DNA from: Bellilinea caldifistulae
GTDB lineage: Bacteria > Chloroflexota > Anaerolineae > Anaerolineales > Anaerolineaceae
Direction of reading: 5' to 3'
Assembly: GCF_001306055.1 (NCBI RefSeq)
Contig: NZ_LGHJ01000011.1
Span: forward strand, 210,001 to 242,000
Length of the DNA: 32,000 nt
Shown here: in pieces, positions 31,623 through 32,000 of the stretch
How the letters are laid out: every line of letters starts with the position of its first letter
Numbering within the stretch: the first letter of the stretch is position 1
Notes under the pieces: model-generated
What the model saw: only the letters and a program-made list of their open reading frames with translations
Told to the model about the DNA's origin: nothing
The model's database searches: none
Translations under genes and position numbers: made by a program

Positions 31623-32000
31623 ATGAGCGCAATTCTTCAGGTGAATAATCTCGTCAAGCGCTACGGCGACCTGACGGCCGTCAAGGGCATATCGTTTGAG
31701 GTGCAGGAAGGTGAAATTTTCAGCCTGTTAGGCCCAAACGGGGCCGGCAAGACCACCACCATCTCGGTGCTTTCAACCCTCTTTCCGCCCAGCGAAGGGG
31801 ATGCCCTGATCGCCGGGAATTCAGTGGTGCGCCAGCCCTATGCCGTGCGCCAGACCATCGGAATTGTCCCGCAGGAAATTGCCCTCTACGAAGATTTAAC
31901 CGCCCGCGAGAATCTCCACTTTTGGGGGCAGTTATACGGCCTTGGCGGGCGCGAACTGAAACAACGCTGCGAGGAGGTACTGGAACAAACCGGCTTGCAG
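31623..32000 (+). CDS. ABC transporter ATP-binding protein, 3' end outside window
   Basis: The frame is open from ATG 31623 to the window end and encodes MSAILQVNNLVKRYGDLTAVKGISFEVQEGEIFSLLGPNGAGKTTT (Walker A) and the Q-loop IGIVPQE. It is absent from the ORF track because no stop is reached. Confidence 0.9.
   Translation, partial: MSAILQVNNLVKRYGDLTAVKGISFEVQEGEIFSLLGPNGAGKTTTISVLSTLFPPSEGDALIAGNSVVRQPYAVRQTIGIVPQEIALYEDLTARENLHFWGQLYGLGGRELKQRCEEVLEQTGLQ

Overview
High-GC bacterial chromosomal window; most genes look above 60% GC by eye. The gene content and the dispersed GGGAGATTGC...CGCAATGAC-type intergenic hairpin repeats suggest a Chloroflexota/Anaerolineae-like genome, but that is inference only. 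I support about 33 real CDSs. Housekeeping genes: hisD, cysK-cysE, surE, add, an M20 peptidase, a PlsC-like acyltransferase, MFS, EamA and TerC-like transporters, a GNAT, an ABC ATPase. Signalling genes: a Roadblock/LC7 - V4R - REC/degenerate-GGDEF - GT2 operon, and a single REC gene followed by a REC-REC-PAS-GAF-HD-GYP protein. There are also an ATP-grasp/esterase pair, a MoxR/VWA (CoxD/CoxE-like) pair, and two low-GC islands. Most of the long antisense ORFs in the track are high-GC shadow ORFs. The most unusual locus is 4316-5760. It holds a cas-less CRISPR array of 11 x 36-nt repeats (4880-5663) that I infer is transcribed on the minus strand. A 12th near-perfect repeat lies 528 nt beyond the leader-distal end, and the 528-nt spacer position is filled by an intact, low-GC, RBS-equipped 137-aa ORF of unrecognised family on the array strand. 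Other points worth follow-up: a His-rich leader peptide plus intrinsic terminator upstream of hisD; a consensus promoter with a roughly 240-nt structured leader carrying a Cys-containing mini-ORF upstream of cysK-cysE; a shared 12-mer palindromic motif upstream of two small genes; an IS630 transposase remnant and a DUF559 remnant; and a composite family of intergenic repeats at four loci. Nothing here was checked against databases. All family calls come from motif recognition in the translations.
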